A stretch of DNA of 61,802 nt, filler included. It is 4 parts of 4 records of this genome, joined end to end, with 100 filler letters (N's around TTAATTAATTAA, not from the genome) between each part and the next. Parts side by side here need not be neighbours in the genome. Positions count along the whole stretch, not along the records: positions 55,001 to 61,802 come from DRR723986_13752; 3 more parts are not named here. One strand, written 5' to 3'. The position numbers and the translations under genes are program-made. A model generated the notes under the pieces. The model ran no database searches. It was given only the letters and a program-made list of their open reading frames with translations, and was not told the origin of the DNA. Shown piece by piece: positions 61,125-61,802 of the stretch (positions within the stretch are counted from its first letter, which is position 1; every line of letters begins with the position of its first letter).

Positions 61125-61802
61125 TTGTCTCAATCATCCAGCAATGACGCATTCGTCGAATTCGAACGCGTGCAAAAAAGCTACGACGGCGAAAATCTGG
61201 TCGTTAAAGATCTTAACCTCGTTATGCCGAAGGGTGAGTTTTTAACAATGCTCGGCCCCTCAGGCTCTGGCAAAACCACTTGCCTGATGATGCTCGCCGG
61301 TTTTGAAACCGCGACACATGGCGACATCCGGCTTGGTGGCACATCCATCAACAACATCCCGCCCCACAAACGTGGCATTGGCATGGTGTTCCAGAACTAC
61401 GCTCTGTTCCCGCACATGACGATTGCTGAGAACCTCAGCTTTCCGCTCGAAGTGCGTAAAATGGGCAAGTCCGAGCGCGAAGAAAAAGTAAAGCGCGCCC
61501 TCGACATGGTCGAAATGGGCGCCTTTGGGGGTCGTCGTCCGGCGCAATTGTCCGGTGGTCAGCAACAGCGGATCGCTTTGGCCCGCGCGCTGGTGTTTGA
61601 ACCCGAACTGGTTTTGATGGACGAACCGCTCGGCGCGTTGGACAAGCAGCTGCGGGAAAAGATGCAGTTCGAAATCACCCATCTGGCACACCGCTTGGGC
61701 ATCACCGTGGTCTACGTGACCCACGATCAGACCGAAGCCCTGACAATGTCGGACCGCGTGGCTGTGTTTGACGATGGCCGCATTCAGCAGTTGGCCCCGC
61801 CA
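61125..61802 (+). CDS. Polyamine-type (PotA-like) ABC transporter ATPase, runs off window end
   Basis: Not in the ORF track. From TTG 61125 (GGGAG RBS): MSQSSSNDAFVEFERVQKSYDG...GPSGSGKT...FQNYALFPH...LSGGQQQR...MDEPLGALDK. Confidence 0.93.
   Translation, partial: MSQSSSNDAFVEFERVQKSYDGENLVVKDLNLVMPKGEFLTMLGPSGSGKTTCLMMLAGFETATHGDIRLGGTSINNIPPHKRGIGMVFQNYALFPHMTIAENLSFPLEVRKMGKSEREEKVKRALDMVEMGAFGGRRPAQLSGGQQQRIALARALVFEPELVLMDEPLGALDKQLREKMQFEITHLAHRLGITVVYVTHDQTEALTMSDRVAVFDDGRIQQLAPP

Overview
The window is four unrelated contigs joined by 100-bp linkers (44 N + TTAATTAATTAA + 44 N at 28040-28139, 41587-41686, 54901-55000), so gene context cannot be read across the linkers. Contig 1 (1-28039) is AT-rich and Bacteroidota-like (Cytophagales by inference). 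It carries the F1Fo ATP synthase operon, sprE/porW plus PBP1A, uvrC, the T9SS/gliding core porP-gldKLMN preceded by Omp85-DUF4271-hemD, hemW, a membrane PP2C/STAS/anti-sigma-kinase module and two SurA-like PPIases. Contig 2 (28140-41586) is GC-rich alphaproteobacterial (Hyphomonadaceae-like by inference). It carries a surface-polysaccharide cluster (acyltransferase, deacetylase, Wzx, pyruvyltransferase, GT2, a two-aminotransferase sugar pathway), a TraB/GumN lipoprotein and a truncated tRNA-Arg(CCG). Contig 3 (41687-54900) is Rhodobacteraceae-like: a methylated-amine/C1 region with two non-pyrrolysine MttB homologues, a dimethylglycine-dehydrogenase-like flavoprotein, two LysRs and an EamA transporter. 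It also holds the best candidate for an undescribed system, a two-gene operon of a membrane di-iron sterol-desaturase-family enzyme and an active-site-remodelled PanB paralogue. Contig 4 (55001-61802) carries putrescine ABC transport, a GntR regulator, a class-III aminotransferase and a second polyamine ABC ATPase, linked by a repeated TTTGATCAAA-type operator. All family and taxon calls come from motif recognition by eye, not database searches.
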